DNA of 64,000 nucleotides from a virus: IMG/VR virus record IMGVR_UViG_3300042922_000850, positions 32,001 to 96,000 of that record; one strand, 5' to 3'. Shown piece by piece: positions 63,690 to 64,000 of this stretch (position 1 is its first letter; each line of letters starts with the position of its first letter). The notes under the pieces were generated by a model. It saw only the letters and a program-made list of their open reading frames with translations, ran no database searches and was not told where the DNA came from. The position numbers and the translations under genes were made by a program.

Positions 63690-64000
63690 ATGACAGAGGT
63701 AATGAAAGAAGCAATGAAAGAACTTGAAGTTTTAAGAAAGCAAGAAGAAAGAGTGAAGACAATAATTTTTAATGAACTGGCTGATAAAGATGGGCCAATG
63801 TTAGAAGAAGGGTTTACAATTCACGCAAAGAAATTTAGCAGTGTAGAAGTGGCAAAGCTTTTAGGAGTACACGTACATACATTACGCAGATGGATACAAT
63901 CTGGTAAATTAGTGGCAGAAACAGGAATGGGACCGCATGGAATACAAATACATGAATGGGCGTTAAAAGAGTTTATTAGAAAAAACAGAGAGGTTTTTAT
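63690..64000 (+). CDS. MerR/excisionase-type HTH protein (runs off the window)
   Basis: manual translation: SSVEVAKLLGVHVHTLRRWIQSGKLVA; AGGAGG RBS. Confidence 0.7.
   Translation, partial: MTEVMKEAMKELEVLRKQEERVKTIIFNELADKDGPMLEEGFTIHAKKFSSVEVAKLLGVHVHTLRRWIQSGKLVAETGMGPHGIQIHEWALKEFIRKNREVF

Overview
A 64 kb segment of a large (jumbo-type) tailed phage, most likely infecting a spore-forming Firmicute (Clostridia-like). The host inference rests on SpoIIID, AbrB, a sporulation-type sigma factor and Firmicute-style RBSs. Two programmes are interleaved on opposite strands. (1) Minus strand: portal, large terminase and about 13 probable virion/head proteins behind sigmaA-like TATAAT promoters. 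These proteins share recurring K-x-A motifs, and six carry a portable 15-aa tag (MDKIAxYExxIYKEA) fused to unrelated payloads: SNF2 helicase, HAD hydrolase, two ADP-ribosyltransferase-like domains, a ParB-like domain, HExxE proteins and glycine zippers. One is an 882-aa multi-payload polyprotein. I read this as a candidate capsid cargo-loading and proteolytic-release system. (2) Plus strand: 31 copies of one promoter-like motif, (G/C)TA(T/C)AAG(A/T)(A/G)A(T/G)AAAA. These drive either short, extremely purine-loaded promoter-ORF-terminator cassettes (an array at 53-64 kb plus single inserts between structural genes) or, when followed by a leader hairpin, longer operons of ordinary composition (rnhA, def, radC, thyX, CYTH, radical SAM). 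Also present: an iteron-rich non-coding region (52.5-53.1 kb), many long perfect palindromes (up to 64 bp), a tRNA-like RNA with a defective anticodon arm, and an inverted-repeat-bounded divergent promoter. All functional calls come from motif recognition by eye; no database searches were run, and counts are manual.
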